A DNA stretch of 24,000 bases from Halobacillus andaensis. Its GTDB lineage: Bacteria > Bacillota > Bacilli > Bacillales > Halobacillaceae. The notes beneath the pieces are model-generated. The model had not been told where the DNA came from. It did no database searches and saw nothing but the letters and a program-made list of their open reading frames with translations. The translations under genes were made by a program, and so were the position numbers. Location: assembly GCF_014636475.1 (NCBI RefSeq), contig NZ_BMEL01000004.1, forward strand, positions 496,451 to 520,450, given 5' to 3'. The stretch's first letter is position 1. Every line of letters starts with the position of its first letter. This document shows, in pieces, positions 15,548 to 24,000 of the stretch.

Positions 15548-16357
15548 ATGGATTTAAATAAAGAAATTAAGAAACTAGAAAACATACACTTAGAAAAGCC
15601 CCAGCAAGTTTTTACAATGTATTTAAATACTGATCCTTCTGATCCTGATCAACAGGGTGGAGAATGGAAAATTCATTTGAAAAATGGATTGAATAATTTT
15701 GAATCCTATTTGAAAGAAGACGGAGATTCTGATGAAAAGAGAAACTTCTGGGCTGTCAAAGAGAAAGTTCAAAACTTTATTGAAGAAAATGAACAGCAGT
15801 TTGCTAAAAGTGCTGTAGTCATCGCTACAGGTGATGATACAGTTTGGTTTGCTGAACGTTTTCAAATGCCAGTAGAGAGCGAATTTTATTGGGAATCAGA
15901 GCCAGTGTTAGATCAATTAAAACAAATGAGAGAAAAATTTCCTAAAACAGGAATTATCTTGACTCAAAAAAATCAAATTAAGTGTATTGATGCGAATCTA
16001 GGTATGGTAAATGATACTCAACTATTTGAACTAGATTTAGATACTGAAGATTGGCGCCAGCATCAAGGACCTCACCGAGCAAATGCTTCTATGGGGAGCG
16101 GTGGAGCTAAAAATTCGAAACAAGATCAATTCGAAGAACGGTTTGAGGCTAATCGCTACCGTTGGTATAAGAGTGTAGCTCCAAAGCTTGATAAGCTAGC
16201 CAAAGAATACGACTGGGAACGTATTTATATGGTAGGAGATAAAGAAGAATTGAAAGATTTAGATGATAATATGAATAAGCCAGTGAATGAATTTGTAAAT
16301 AAGAACTTGTTAGACCATGAAGAATCGAAGGTCGTAAATGAAGTTATTACTCAATAG
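15548..16357 (+). CDS. VLRF1/archaeo-eukaryotic release factor-like (baeRF) family protein
   Basis: LEKPQQVFTMYLNTDPSD... N-terminus, DWERIYMVGDKEELKDL..., typical of bacterial aeRF1-like proteins. Confidence 0.65.
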   Translation: MDLNKEIKKLENIHLEKPQQVFTMYLNTDPSDPDQQGGEWKIHLKNGLNNFESYLKEDGDSDEKRNFWAVKEKVQNFIEENEQQFAKSAVVIATGDDTVWFAERFQMPVESEFYWESEPVLDQLKQMREKFPKTGIILTQKNQIKCIDANLGMVNDTQLFELDLDTEDWRQHQGPHRANASMGSGGAKNSKQDQFEERFEANRYRWYKSVAPKLDKLAKEYDWERIYMVGDKEELKDLDDNMNKPVNEFVNKNLLDHEESKVVNEVITQ

Positions 16358-16378
16358 GGAAATTATATTGAAATAATA

Positions 16379-16412
16379 AAAAGAGCTGAACTTAGGTTCA
16401 GCTCTTTTTTTG
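16379..16412 (+). terminator. Intrinsic terminator
   Basis: AAAAAGAGCTGAAC-ttag-GTTCAGCTCTTTTTTT. Confidence 0.9.
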
Positions 16413-16522
16413 TCTAAAAATGAATGATTTTGTCTAAGGTCCAAGCGTAACAGTTATACATAAGTGTTAACAATATGATAAAATAGTATTCAATGAAAAT
16501 AAGAGAAGAGGAGCTTTCAAGT

Positions 16523-16828
16523 ATGTACGTTGTCGATTCAACCGTAGTTGTCCCCAATCATAAAGCGGATGAATTAATTTCCATTTATCAAAATCGCTCC
16601 CGTCTAGTCGATGAAGCTGAAGGTTTCTTAACGTTTCAATTACTGCAAAACGAACGAAAACCTGGGGAGTTAACCGTTCACATGGAATGGAAAGATAAAC
16701 AGTCTTATTTAAATTGGGCACGTAGCGAACAATTTAAAAAAATCCATGAGCTTGAAAAGAACTATCCAGACCAGGAATTACAGGGCATTGTACCTCAAGT
16801 GAAAAAATATGAGGTAGTCGCTCAATGA
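16523..16828 (+). CDS. Antibiotic biosynthesis monooxygenase-domain (HmoA/HmoB-like) protein
   Basis: MYVVDSTVVVPNHKADELISIYQNRSRLVDEAEGFLTFQLLQNERKPGELTVHMEWKDKQSYLNWARSEQFKKIH; RBS AGAGGAG. Confidence 0.8.
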   Translation: MYVVDSTVVVPNHKADELISIYQNRSRLVDEAEGFLTFQLLQNERKPGELTVHMEWKDKQSYLNWARSEQFKKIHELEKNYPDQELQGIVPQVKKYEVVAQ

Positions 16829-17181
16829 ATAATCGTGAAAAAGATCAACTAGTCGGTCGAGTTGTTGAAGAAATTTACAAGGCTCACCCTACATTATGGG
16901 ATCGTTTTGGACAAAATGGACGTGACCGAACGGAAGAAGATAATTATCATCATATTGATCATTTATATGCATCTTATGAAATGAAAAGTGCCGAATTCTT
17001 CTTAGATTATACGTCGTGGTTGGAAAATGTTCTAACTTCTCGAGGAGTGGGTACCGAATTAATTATTGATAATTACGAAAGGTTAATTCGCCATTTAGTA
17101 GTGATGGACTGGGAAGATGAACGAGAAAAAGATTCATTTATAAATCATTTGAAGCTTGCGTTGGAAAATTTGCGTGAGTGA
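16825..17181 (+). CDS. Uncharacterised helical protein (118 aa), cobalamin-sensor-operon partner
   Basis: ATGA overlap with the upstream gene; conserved-looking NYHHIDHLYASYEMKSAEFFLDYTSWLENVLTSRGV. Confidence 0.75.
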   Translation: MNNREKDQLVGRVVEEIYKAHPTLWDRFGQNGRDRTEEDNYHHIDHLYASYEMKSAEFFLDYTSWLENVLTSRGVGTELIIDNYERLIRHLVVMDWEDEREKDSFINHLKLALENLRE

Positions 17182-17201
17182 TTGCAATAAGAGGTGAGAC
17201 T

Positions 17202-17861
17202 TTGAAACAACATCATGAAACATTAGCCCACTATTTTCTGGATGGTGACGAAGATCAGGCGCTGATATTTATAGAACAATTGTTAGTTGAGCACCCGAGA
17301 CTTTATTTATATGAGGACATCATTACACCAGCGATGTATCATGTAGGAGAACTATGGGAAAGAAACGAAATTTCTGTGGCGGATGAACACCTTGCTACAG
17401 CTATTTGTGATTTTGTATTATCTAAGATAGAAGCTGAAGCATTAAATATTCGTGGAGATCGACAAAAGAGTTTTAAAGCTTTGCTCTTCGGTGTGGAAGA
17501 GGAACAGCATTATATAGGCTTGAAAATGGTAGCTGATACTTTTAAAGAGCAAGGGTGGCGAGTTCGATATCTAGGCCCTAATTTAGGGGGGGAACATTCT
17601 CTGACTCAGATTCACCGTTATAAGCCGCATGTAATAGGCTTATCAGCTGCTCTTTCTTATCGTTTACCTGCGTTAAAGAAATTAGTCAATGAATTTCGCA
17701 GGTTAGAGTGGAAACCTTTAATTATGATTGGCGGAAGAATGGCCAAGAAATTTGAGCTAGAGGAATTAGAGTCTGATCAAGTGGTGATTATGAAAGACTT
17801 AAACCACTTGAATCAATGGTTTAAAGAAGGAAGGGCAGGCGTCGTGAATGAAACAAGCTGA
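17202..17861 (+). CDS. Stand-alone cobalamin-binding sensor (helical B12-binding-2 plus Rossmann B12-binding), CarH-like without DNA-binding domain
   Basis: TTG at 17202 behind GAGGTGA. Contains W-x9-E-H (GELWERNEISVADEH) and E-x-H-x-x-G (EEEQHYIGL). Confidence 0.85.
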   Translation: MKQHHETLAHYFLDGDEDQALIFIEQLLVEHPRLYLYEDIITPAMYHVGELWERNEISVADEHLATAICDFVLSKIEAEALNIRGDRQKSFKALLFGVEEEQHYIGLKMVADTFKEQGWRVRYLGPNLGGEHSLTQIHRYKPHVIGLSAALSYRLPALKKLVNEFRRLEWKPLIMIGGRMAKKFELEELESDQVVIMKDLNHLNQWFKEGRAGVVNETS

Positions 17862-18609
17862 ACGTTCCTTCCCGTTACCTTATTTTAAAATTAATAAAAA
17901 CTTCATTGTGCAATCTTTTTCGAAGGAAGCGAGTATACTGTGTGGCACCCCGGAGAACCTTCTTGATATTGTTGATGAAGAAAGTGTAGATAAAGTGAAA
18001 AAGTGGGTGTCTCCAGACCTTCATAATTCTGCACTAGAGATTCATTTAAAGCCTTTAAATGGGGAAGTAGAACCATTAACTGCTGATATGTATGTTACTT
18101 GGAATAACGACTTGTATGCAGAAGTCATTGTCATGGTTAAAGATGAGAAGTTGACTAAAGTAACAAATACGTTACATCAACTAAGATCAAGATTGAATGA
18201 AACCAATTTTGAATTACTTGAAGAAAAAGAAAAGCTGGAAGAAGCCATCGAACAGAACAATAAGCTTTCGGCTCCTTTTATAGAACTAACGAACGATACA
18301 GCACTGATTCCTTTATTTGGAGATTTAACCTCTGAGAAAATGCAAACGGTAGAAGATTACTTGCTCCAATCTTCGCAAAAAGAGGATATCGATCGACTGT
18401 TATTTGACTTTACAGCGGTTGGCGAGATGAACAGGGAGGGTGTCCATGTACTGGCAAACATGATGACCTCTCTCTTTTATATGGGTACTGAGATCATCGT
18501 TATTGGAGTTAAACCTAAGCAAGCAAAACAGCTTTACGAGCTTGATGTGCCTCTCGAAGTCAAATTTCTTCACTCATTGCAGCAAGCGATTTCTAAATAT
18601 TGTTTATAA
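17848..18609 (+). CDS. PAS-like/coiled-coil/STAS protein, RsbR/YtvA-like
   Basis: N-terminal sensor-like region, coiled coil RLNETNFELLEEKEKLEEAIEQ, then NNKLSAPFIELTNDTALIPLFGDLT...DRLLFDFTAVGEM...GVKPKQAKQL STAS domain. Confidence 0.85.
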   Translation: MKQAERSFPLPYFKINKNFIVQSFSKEASILCGTPENLLDIVDEESVDKVKKWVSPDLHNSALEIHLKPLNGEVEPLTADMYVTWNNDLYAEVIVMVKDEKLTKVTNTLHQLRSRLNETNFELLEEKEKLEEAIEQNNKLSAPFIELTNDTALIPLFGDLTSEKMQTVEDYLLQSSQKEDIDRLLFDFTAVGEMNREGVHVLANMMTSLFYMGTEIIVIGVKPKQAKQLYELDVPLEVKFLHSLQQAISKYCL

Positions 18610-18641
18610 AAAGTGACTCGATCCTCGGGTCGCTTTTTTTG
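18610..18641 (+). terminator. Intrinsic terminator of the operon
   Basis: GTGACtCGA-tcc-TCGgGTCGC-TTTTTTT. Confidence 0.6.
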
Positions 18642-18660
18642 TCATAAGCAAAAGACTTTC

Positions 18661-18688
18661 ATATAATACCATACAGGGGTATAGTATT
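18661..18688. promoter_or_regulatory. CsoR operator candidate
   Basis: AATACCATACAGGGGTATAGTATT imperfect inverted repeat with the G-rich core typical of CsoR sites, directly upstream of csoR. Confidence 0.75.
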
Positions 18689-18719
18689 AAGTAACAATAA
18701 CGTTGAGGGGTGTAACGAT

Positions 18720-19034
18720 ATGGTGGATCAATTACCAGAAAACAGTGGGAAGAAACCAGTAAAAAAGAGGTCGGAAGATGAAAAAACTCAAGTGATCAAT
18801 CGGTTAAAACGAATAGAAGGTCAGGTTAGAGGAATACAAAGTATGGTTGAGGACGATCGTTATTGTGTAGATATTCTTGTACAGATTTCGGCCATTGATT
18901 CGGCTTTGCAAAAAGTAGGGTATTCACTCATGGAAAGACACGCGAAGCACTGCGTAAGTGATGCTGTACGTTCGGGAAATGGTGAAGAGGCGATGGATGA
19001 ATTAATTAAAGTAATGAAACAATTTAGTAAATAA
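18720..19034 (+). CDS. csoR: Copper-sensing repressor CsoR
   Basis: NRLKRIEGQVRGIQSMVEDDRYCVDILVQISAIDSALQKVGYSLMERHAKHC (Cys-His-Cys copper ligands). Confidence 0.95.
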   Translation: MVDQLPENSGKKPVKKRSEDEKTQVINRLKRIEGQVRGIQSMVEDDRYCVDILVQISAIDSALQKVGYSLMERHAKHCVSDAVRSGNGEEAMDELIKVMKQFSK

Positions 19035-19046
19035 GGGGTGATATAG

Positions 19047-21425
19047 ATGGAAAAGCAAATTTCTCTTCCTATTGAGGGAATGACATGTTCAGCTTGCTCC
19101 TCACGAATTGAAAAAGTCTTAAACAAAATGAATGGAGTCACGGCTCAGGTTAATTTAGCTATTGAAAGAGCTGAAGTGAAGTATGATGATCAACAAGTAA
19201 GTTCAAATGAGGTAGTCAATGAAATTGAAAGGCTAGGATATAATGTGGCTGAAGCAAAAGAAGAGTTTAACGTATCAGGAATGACGTGTGCCGCGTGTTC
19301 TTCTCGTATCGAGAAGGTCCTTCAAAAAACTCCTGGTGTAAAATCAGCCTCAGTCAACTTAGCGAATGAAACGGCTAACGTTTCTTTTACTGAAGGCATG
19401 GTTACTACCGACTCTATTATTAAAAAGGTTAACCAGCTTGGTTACGAAGCAAAGGTTAGGGAAAATGAAGAACTTTCGAATCAACGAAAAGAAGATGAAT
19501 TAGTTCGCAAAAAGAAATATTTAGTGGCTTCAACGCTTCTTTCCTTTCCGCTTCTTTTAACCATGCTAGATCACTTATTAGGTATCTCGTTACCTATGAT
19601 ATTTATGAACCCCTGGTTCCAATTTGCATTAGCTACTCCCGTGCAATTTGTAATTGGTTGGCAGTTTTACCGCGGGGCTTACCATACGCTTAAGAACAAA
19701 AGCGCGAATATGGATGTATTAATAGCTTTAGGCACAAGCGCAGCCTATTTTTACAGCTTAAGCGAAGCTATTCGGTTCAGTGCGGGGGCCTCCGGGGAAG
19801 TACATTTGTATTTTGAAACAAGTGCCATTTTAATTACTTTAGTGTTACTAGGAAAGTATTTTGAAACTAGAGCTAAAGGAAGAACAACACAAGCTTTATC
19901 CGCCTTGCTTAATTTACAGGCCAAAGAAGCAACTGTCTTACGAAATGGAGAGGAAATAACGATACCTCTAAAAGAAGTAGAGGTAGAGGATATCGTTATC
20001 GTAAAGCCAGGTGAAAAAATTCCAGTAGACGGTGTCGTCGTTAGTGGAGAAACTCATGTTGATGAATCTATGATTACCGGTGAATCCATGCCTGTATCTA
20101 AACAAATGGGCGAAGAAGTAATAGGAGCCACCTTGAATAAAAATGGTTCTATACAAATGAAGGCTACGAAAGTAGGGAAGGATACAGCTTTAGCCTCTAT
20201 TGTAAAGGTTGTAGAGGAGGCTCAAGGATCTAAAGCACCCATACAACGGATGGCTGATGTCATTTCAGGTTATTTTGTACCCATTGTTGTAGCCATTGCC
20301 ATGCTTACTTTTGTAGTGTGGATTAGTTTTATTGATCCTGGTTCAATGGCTTCAGCGCTTGTGGCTTCTATAGCAGTATTAGTAATTGCTTGTCCATGTG
20401 CTCTAGGGTTAGCAACCCCCACTTCAATTATGGTAGGAACAGGTAAAGGGGCAGAAATGGGTATTTTATTTAAAGGTGGAGTATACTTGGAGAAAGCACA
20501 AAGTGTGAATACCGTGGTATTTGATAAAACAGGCACAATAACAAATGGTAAACCTGAAGTCACTGACTTTACGGCCGATGGAGAGACATTGGATTTAGTT
20601 GTAAGTGCCGAAAAACGATCAGAACATCCGCTCGCTGAAGCAATCACTAAATATGGTCAACTGAAGCAAGCGATCATTTATGATGTAAGTGAATTTACAG
20701 CTATAACAGGTCAGGGTTTAAAAGCAGATGTCGATCAAAAATCAATATTAATTGGAAATAGGAAGTTATTTAATGAGCAAAGTGTGGAATACACCCAATA
20801 TGAAAGCCAAATGACTGATTTAGAGAATGAAGGAAAAACGGTAATGCTTATAGGTGTAAACGGCGAAGTAAAAGGGTTACTAGCTGTTATGGACACCATT
20901 AAGGAGTCTGCCAAGCATGCTTTAAATCAACTTAAAGAGCAAGGGAATCAGTTAATATTACTCACAGGCGATAACCGGCGAGCAGCACATCACATTGCCG
21001 CTCAAGCTGGAATAGATAAGGTGATTGCTGAAGTGCTGCCTGAACAAAAAGCGGAAGAAATTGAAAACCTTCGTAAAGAAGGTTATGTGGTAGCCATGGT
21101 TGGAGACGGAATAAATGATGCTCCTGCTTTAGCTATTAGTGACTTAGGAATAGCAATTGGCACAGGTACAGATGTAGCTATTGAAGCTGCAGATTTAACT
21201 ATACTAGGTGGAGATTTAGAACTTATTCCTAAAGCCTTTGAACTTAGCAGGAAAACGATGAAGAACATTCGTCAAAACTTGTTTTGGGCACTTGCTTATA
21301 ATACAGCCGGTATTCCTGTAGCAGCTTTAGGATTGCTGGCTCCGTGGATTGCAGGGGCAGCGATGGCTTTCAGTTCAGTTAGTGTAGTTTCTAATTCATT
21401 AAGGTTGAAAAAACTAAAATTGTAA
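19047..21425 (+). CDS. copA: Copper-exporting P1B-ATPase CopA
   Basis: Two HMA domains ([16 protein letters not shown]), [36 protein letters not shown]. Confidence 0.97.
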   Translation: MEKQISLPIEGMTCSACSSRIEKVLNKMNGVTAQVNLAIERAEVKYDDQQVSSNEVVNEIERLGYNVAEAKEEFNVSGMTCAACSSRIEKVLQKTPGVKSASVNLANETANVSFTEGMVTTDSIIKKVNQLGYEAKVRENEELSNQRKEDELVRKKKYLVASTLLSFPLLLTMLDHLLGISLPMIFMNPWFQFALATPVQFVIGWQFYRGAYHTLKNKSANMDVLIALGTSAAYFYSLSEAIRFSAGASGEVHLYFETSAILITLVLLGKYFETRAKGRTTQALSALLNLQAKEATVLRNGEEITIPLKEVEVEDIVIVKPGEKIPVDGVVVSGETHVDESMITGESMPVSKQMGEEVIGATLNKNGSIQMKATKVGKDTALASIVKVVEEAQGSKAPIQRMADVISGYFVPIVVAIAMLTFVVWISFIDPGSMASALVASIAVLVIACPCALGLATPTSIMVGTGKGAEMGILFKGGVYLEKAQSVNTVVFDKTGTITNGKPEVTDFTADGETLDLVVSAEKRSEHPLAEAITKYGQLKQAIIYDVSEFTAITGQGLKADVDQKSILIGNRKLFNEQSVEYTQYESQMTDLENEGKTVMLIGVNGEVKGLLAVMDTIKESAKHALNQLKEQGNQLILLTGDNRRAAHHIAAQAGIDKVIAEVLPEQKAEEIENLRKEGYVVAMVGDGINDAPALAISDLGIAIGTGTDVAIEAADLTILGGDLELIPKAFELSRKTMKNIRQNLFWALAYNTAGIPVAALGLLAPWIAGAAMAFSSVSVVSNSLRLKKLKL

Positions 21426-21444
21426 TAGAAAGGTGATGTTTTGA

Positions 21445-21651
21445 ATGCAATTGACACTAGAAGTAAACGGTATGAGTTGTGGGCACTGCGAGAAATCAGT
21501 AAAAGATGCTTTAAACACTTTAGAAGGTGTACATGGAGTGAATGTAGATCTTACAAGTGGAAAAGTGGATGTTACTTTTGATGAAGCTTATGTTACTAAA
21601 AGTATGATGAAAGAAGCTATTGAAGCCCAAGGTTATGAACCTGTGGGTTAA
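21445..21651 (+). CDS. copZ: Copper chaperone CopZ
   Basis: MQLTLEVNGMSCGHCEKSVKDALNTLEGV...; adjacent to copA. Confidence 0.93.
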   Translation: MQLTLEVNGMSCGHCEKSVKDALNTLEGVHGVNVDLTSGKVDVTFDEAYVTKSMMKEAIEAQGYEPVG

Positions 21652-21660
21652 GAAGAAAGA

Positions 21661-21694
21661 AAAGGCCCAATTCGAACGTTCGAATTGGGCCTTT
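21661..21694. terminator. Bidirectional terminator (perfect 34-bp palindrome)
   Basis: AAAGGCCCAATTCGAACGTTCGAATTGGGCCTTT. Confidence 0.85.
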
Positions 21695-21698
21695 AATC

Positions 21699-22034
21699 TT
21701 ATTGAACAGCGTAAGGAAGCTGATTTTTATAACCAGAAAACTGTTGATAAGAATTCTGAACCTTTGTTTGTTCTGCTTGTTCAAGAGCATACCATCCGTT
21801 TTTAAACATGAGATTGTAAAGGTTTCGCTGACAATCTTGTGTTTCTTTAAATATCGTAGCTAGGTCTTGATACAAAGTCTGATTACTCGCTTCATTAAGT
21901 GCGATATTGTAGGCGCCTGTCATGTATTTTTCAGTGGTTAATAAATCATTGACGAAATCTCGCTCGTTCATCTGAGGCGTTTTAGGAATTTGGGTTTCTG
22001 GATTTTGAATTTTATTTTGCTGATTTTGCTGCAT
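21699..22034 (-). CDS. CotF-like spore coat protein (111 aa)
   Basis: Start MQQNQQNK at 22034 with RBS AAGGAG; MNERDFVNDLLTTEKYMTGAYNIALNEASNQTLYQDL... Confidence 0.75.
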   Translation of the reverse strand: MQQNQQNKIQNPETQIPKTPQMNERDFVNDLLTTEKYMTGAYNIALNEASNQTLYQDLATIFKETQDCQRNLYNLMFKNGWYALEQAEQTKVQNSYQQFSGYKNQLPYAVQ

Positions 22035-22046
22035 AACGAACACTCC

Positions 22047-22310
22047 TTAATTCATTTTTTGTGGGCTTGTATTTAAATGCTCTAAAATTTTGTTGTAATG
22101 ACGCTGATGCATTTGACCTGCGTCTTCTAATGCTTGTTGCAATTCAGGGGTCTGACACTGTTCAGCAAAGAAGTGAGCTTTTTTACAAGCGTTCAAGTTC
22201 CAAGAAAGCATATCAGTAATGTAAAGCTGATCCTTAGTACTAACGATTTCAGGCACTTGTTCCATTGGTTGAGATCCCTGCACATTAGGGTTTACGTTCT
22301 GCTGTTGCAT
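22047..22310 (-). CDS. CotF-like/DUF spore coat-associated protein (87 aa)
   Basis: Start MQQQNVNPNVQG at 22310 with RBS AAGGAGG; STKDQLYITDMLSWNLNACKKAHFFAEQC... The upstream 36 residues in the track lack RBS support. Confidence 0.7.
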   Translation of the reverse strand: MQQQNVNPNVQGSQPMEQVPEIVSTKDQLYITDMLSWNLNACKKAHFFAEQCQTPELQQALEDAGQMHQRHYNKILEHLNTSPQKMN

Positions 22311-22533
22311 ATATTCGTCCTCCTTTTTTAAAATCACTTTTAATATGCCCGAATATCTGTCGAATATGATAGAAATTACAGGGTGGGAAAAGGTTAATTC
22401 ATGCGAAATTGTACCCAATTTTGTAAACTGGTGATAAAATATAAATATGTTATCGTTTACAATACAAAATATTTTTATAATTTCAGTGCCAAAGGTATAG
22501 AGAATTTAATATTTTCTTGGGGGTAGGGGTTTG

Positions 22534-23451
22534 ATGGAACAAATTTTAAGGAACTTCTTCTTATTTTTATCTAAAAATAAATTTTTTACGAAACTGGCTA
22601 GACGATACGGATTACGTTTCGGTGCGGGACGTTTTGTAGCCGGGGAAACGATACCTAATGCTGTGAATACGATACAAAAGTTAAATGGCCAGGGGATGAG
22701 CGTCACCATCGATCATTTGGGTGAATTTATTGATACAGAAAAAGAAGCTAGAGAAGCTGCGGATGAATGCATTGAAGCTGTTAAAGCTATTGCTGAGCAT
22801 AAACTGGATTCACAGCTGTCTCTAAAGTTAACATCTATGGGGTTAGACATTTCTTATGAGCTAGCTTTAGAAAACATGAAGAGAATTTTACAAGTGGCTG
22901 AAGAAAAAGATGTCTTTATAACGATCGACATGGAAGACTTTGAAAGATGCCAAAAGACCATAAAATTATTTAAAGAACTGCGAACTGAATATAACAATAT
23001 AGGTACTGTTATTCAATCTTATTTATATCGAGCTGTAGAAGATATTGAAGATTTAAATCAGTACAACCCTAATTTAAGACTTGTAAAAGGGGCATATAAA
23101 GAGTCACCTAAAGTAGCTTTTCCAGATAAAAAAGATGTTGATGAGAACTATAAAAAGATTATAAAAATGCACTTGCTTAACGGGAATTATACAGCTGTAG
23201 CCACTCATGACGATGCAATGATTGAGTACACTTTAAAGGTTGTTCAGGAGCATAATATTCCGTTAGATCAATTTGAATTTCAAATGTTATATGGTATTCG
23301 AGTGGAGCGGCAGGAAGAATTAGTTAAAGAAGGATATAAAATGAGAGTTTATGTGCCTTATGGTACGGATTGGTATGGTTATTTTATGAGGCGTTTAGCG
23401 GAACGGCCGGCGAATGTAGCGTTTGTATTAAAAGGAGTTGTTGGAAAATAA
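22534..23451 (+). CDS. Proline dehydrogenase (PutB/FadM-like)
   Basis: RFGAGRFVAGETI, NGQGMSVTIDHLGEF, LSLKLTSMGLDI, RLVKGAYKES, FQMLYGIR, RVYVPYGTDWYGYFMRRLAERPAN. Confidence 0.95.
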   Translation: MEQILRNFFLFLSKNKFFTKLARRYGLRFGAGRFVAGETIPNAVNTIQKLNGQGMSVTIDHLGEFIDTEKEAREAADECIEAVKAIAEHKLDSQLSLKLTSMGLDISYELALENMKRILQVAEEKDVFITIDMEDFERCQKTIKLFKELRTEYNNIGTVIQSYLYRAVEDIEDLNQYNPNLRLVKGAYKESPKVAFPDKKDVDENYKKIIKMHLLNGNYTAVATHDDAMIEYTLKVVQEHNIPLDQFEFQMLYGIRVERQEELVKEGYKMRVYVPYGTDWYGYFMRRLAERPANVAFVLKGVVGK

Positions 23452-23487
23452 TCAAGTATGTCGGACGAGGGTCTGACATACTTGATT
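23450..23487 (+). terminator. Intrinsic terminator
   Basis: AATCAAGTATGTC...GACATACTTGATT then TCTTTTT. Confidence 0.85.
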
Positions 23488-23585
23488 TCTTTTTATTTTT
23501 GAAAACGATTGCGAAATATCAGAATATAATTTATAGTAGAAATAGATACCAATATTTGCACCAAAATATTTTTTTACCTGTAAAA

Positions 23586-23603
23586 TGAATGAGTGTTCAT
23601 TCA
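23586..23603. promoter_or_regulatory. FadR operator
   Basis: TGAATGA-GTGT-TCATTCA perfect palindrome upstream of fadN. Confidence 0.85.
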
Positions 23604-23625
23604 AAAAGTGATAGGGGGATAAAAC

Positions 23626-24000
23626 ATGAACCAGAAAATCAAGCGTGCTGCAGTGTTAGGCTCTGGAGTTATGGGGGCTGGTATTGCTGCTCACTTGGCG
23701 AATGTCGGAATACCAACTTTGATGTTAGACATTGTACCTCGTGAACTTACGAATGCTGAAAAGGATAAAGGATTGACTCTCGAAGATCCTTTAGTTAGAA
23801 ATCGAATAGCTGCTCAAAATAAAGAAGCTTTAAAAAAACATAAACCTTCACCTTTAACTAGTCAAAAGAACTTGGATTTAATTCAAGTGGGGAACTTCTC
23901 AGACGATATGGAAAAATTGAGTGAAGTGGATTGGGTGATCGAAGTTGTCGTTGAGAATTTGGAAGTGAAGAAAAAGGTTCTGGCTCAAGTAGATCAGCAT
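23626..24000 (+). CDS. fadN: 3-hydroxyacyl-CoA dehydrogenase/enoyl-CoA hydratase FadN, N-terminal part (truncated by window end)
   Basis: MNQKIKRAAVLGSGVMGAGIAAHLANVGIPTLMLDIV Rossmann motif; GGGG-type RBS; FadR box upstream. Confidence 0.9.
   Translation, partial: MNQKIKRAAVLGSGVMGAGIAAHLANVGIPTLMLDIVPRELTNAEKDKGLTLEDPLVRNRIAAQNKEALKKHKPSPLTSQKNLDLIQVGNFSDDMEKLSEVDWVIEVVVENLEVKKKVLAQVDQH

Noticed and set aside
20270-20647. 125-aa minus-strand ORF opposite copA
   Set aside because: Antisense shadow of a strongly supported coding region with no SD.
23499-23514. cre site (TTGAAAACGATTGCGA) upstream of fadN
   Set aside because: Two mismatches to the core TGWNANCGNTNWCA consensus; too weak to call as a feature without a search.
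1-24000. CRISPR arrays, tRNA/rRNA genes, phage or intact transposon modules
   Set aside because: No regularly spaced repeats, tRNA/rRNA signatures, integrase or transposase ORFs were seen by eye; only small decayed patches.

Overview
Low-GC Firmicute chromosome segment. The acidic lipoproteins, spore genes and gene order suggest a moderately halophilic Bacillaceae such as Halobacillus; the genus is inference. Supported content, left to right: 3' end of an HpaB-type flavin monooxygenase; small spore-associated genes (SspL-like, YozQ/DUF4025-like, SspP); an orphan gene behind a textbook Fur-box promoter; a decayed patch with response-regulator and PepSY remnants; a kinase-like protein; a GC-rich intergenic region with strong secondary structure; a divergent TrmB-type regulator / PbuE-like MFS pair with a palindromic operator; a LacI-type regulator, glucan-debranching-like enzyme and ATPase-less sugar ABC importer with three matching operators; a PH-domain protein; a guanidine-I (ykkC) riboswitch with paired SMR exporters (minus strand); YfhD; an orphan OpuAC-like lipoprotein; a VLRF1/aeRF1-like protein; a compact four-gene operon (ABM monooxygenase, uncharacterised helical protein, CarH-like stand-alone cobalamin-binding sensor, PAS/STAS RsbR-like protein); csoR-copA-copZ; two CotF-like coat genes; proline dehydrogenase; and the start of fadN behind a perfect FadR box. 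The best candidate for an undescribed system is the operon at about 16523-18609. It pairs a DNA-binding-domain-free cobalamin module, which has both CarH signature motifs (Wx9EH and ExHxxG), with a YtvA/RsbR-like STAS protein. This suggests a B12-based light or redox input to a partner-switching or stressosome-type pathway.
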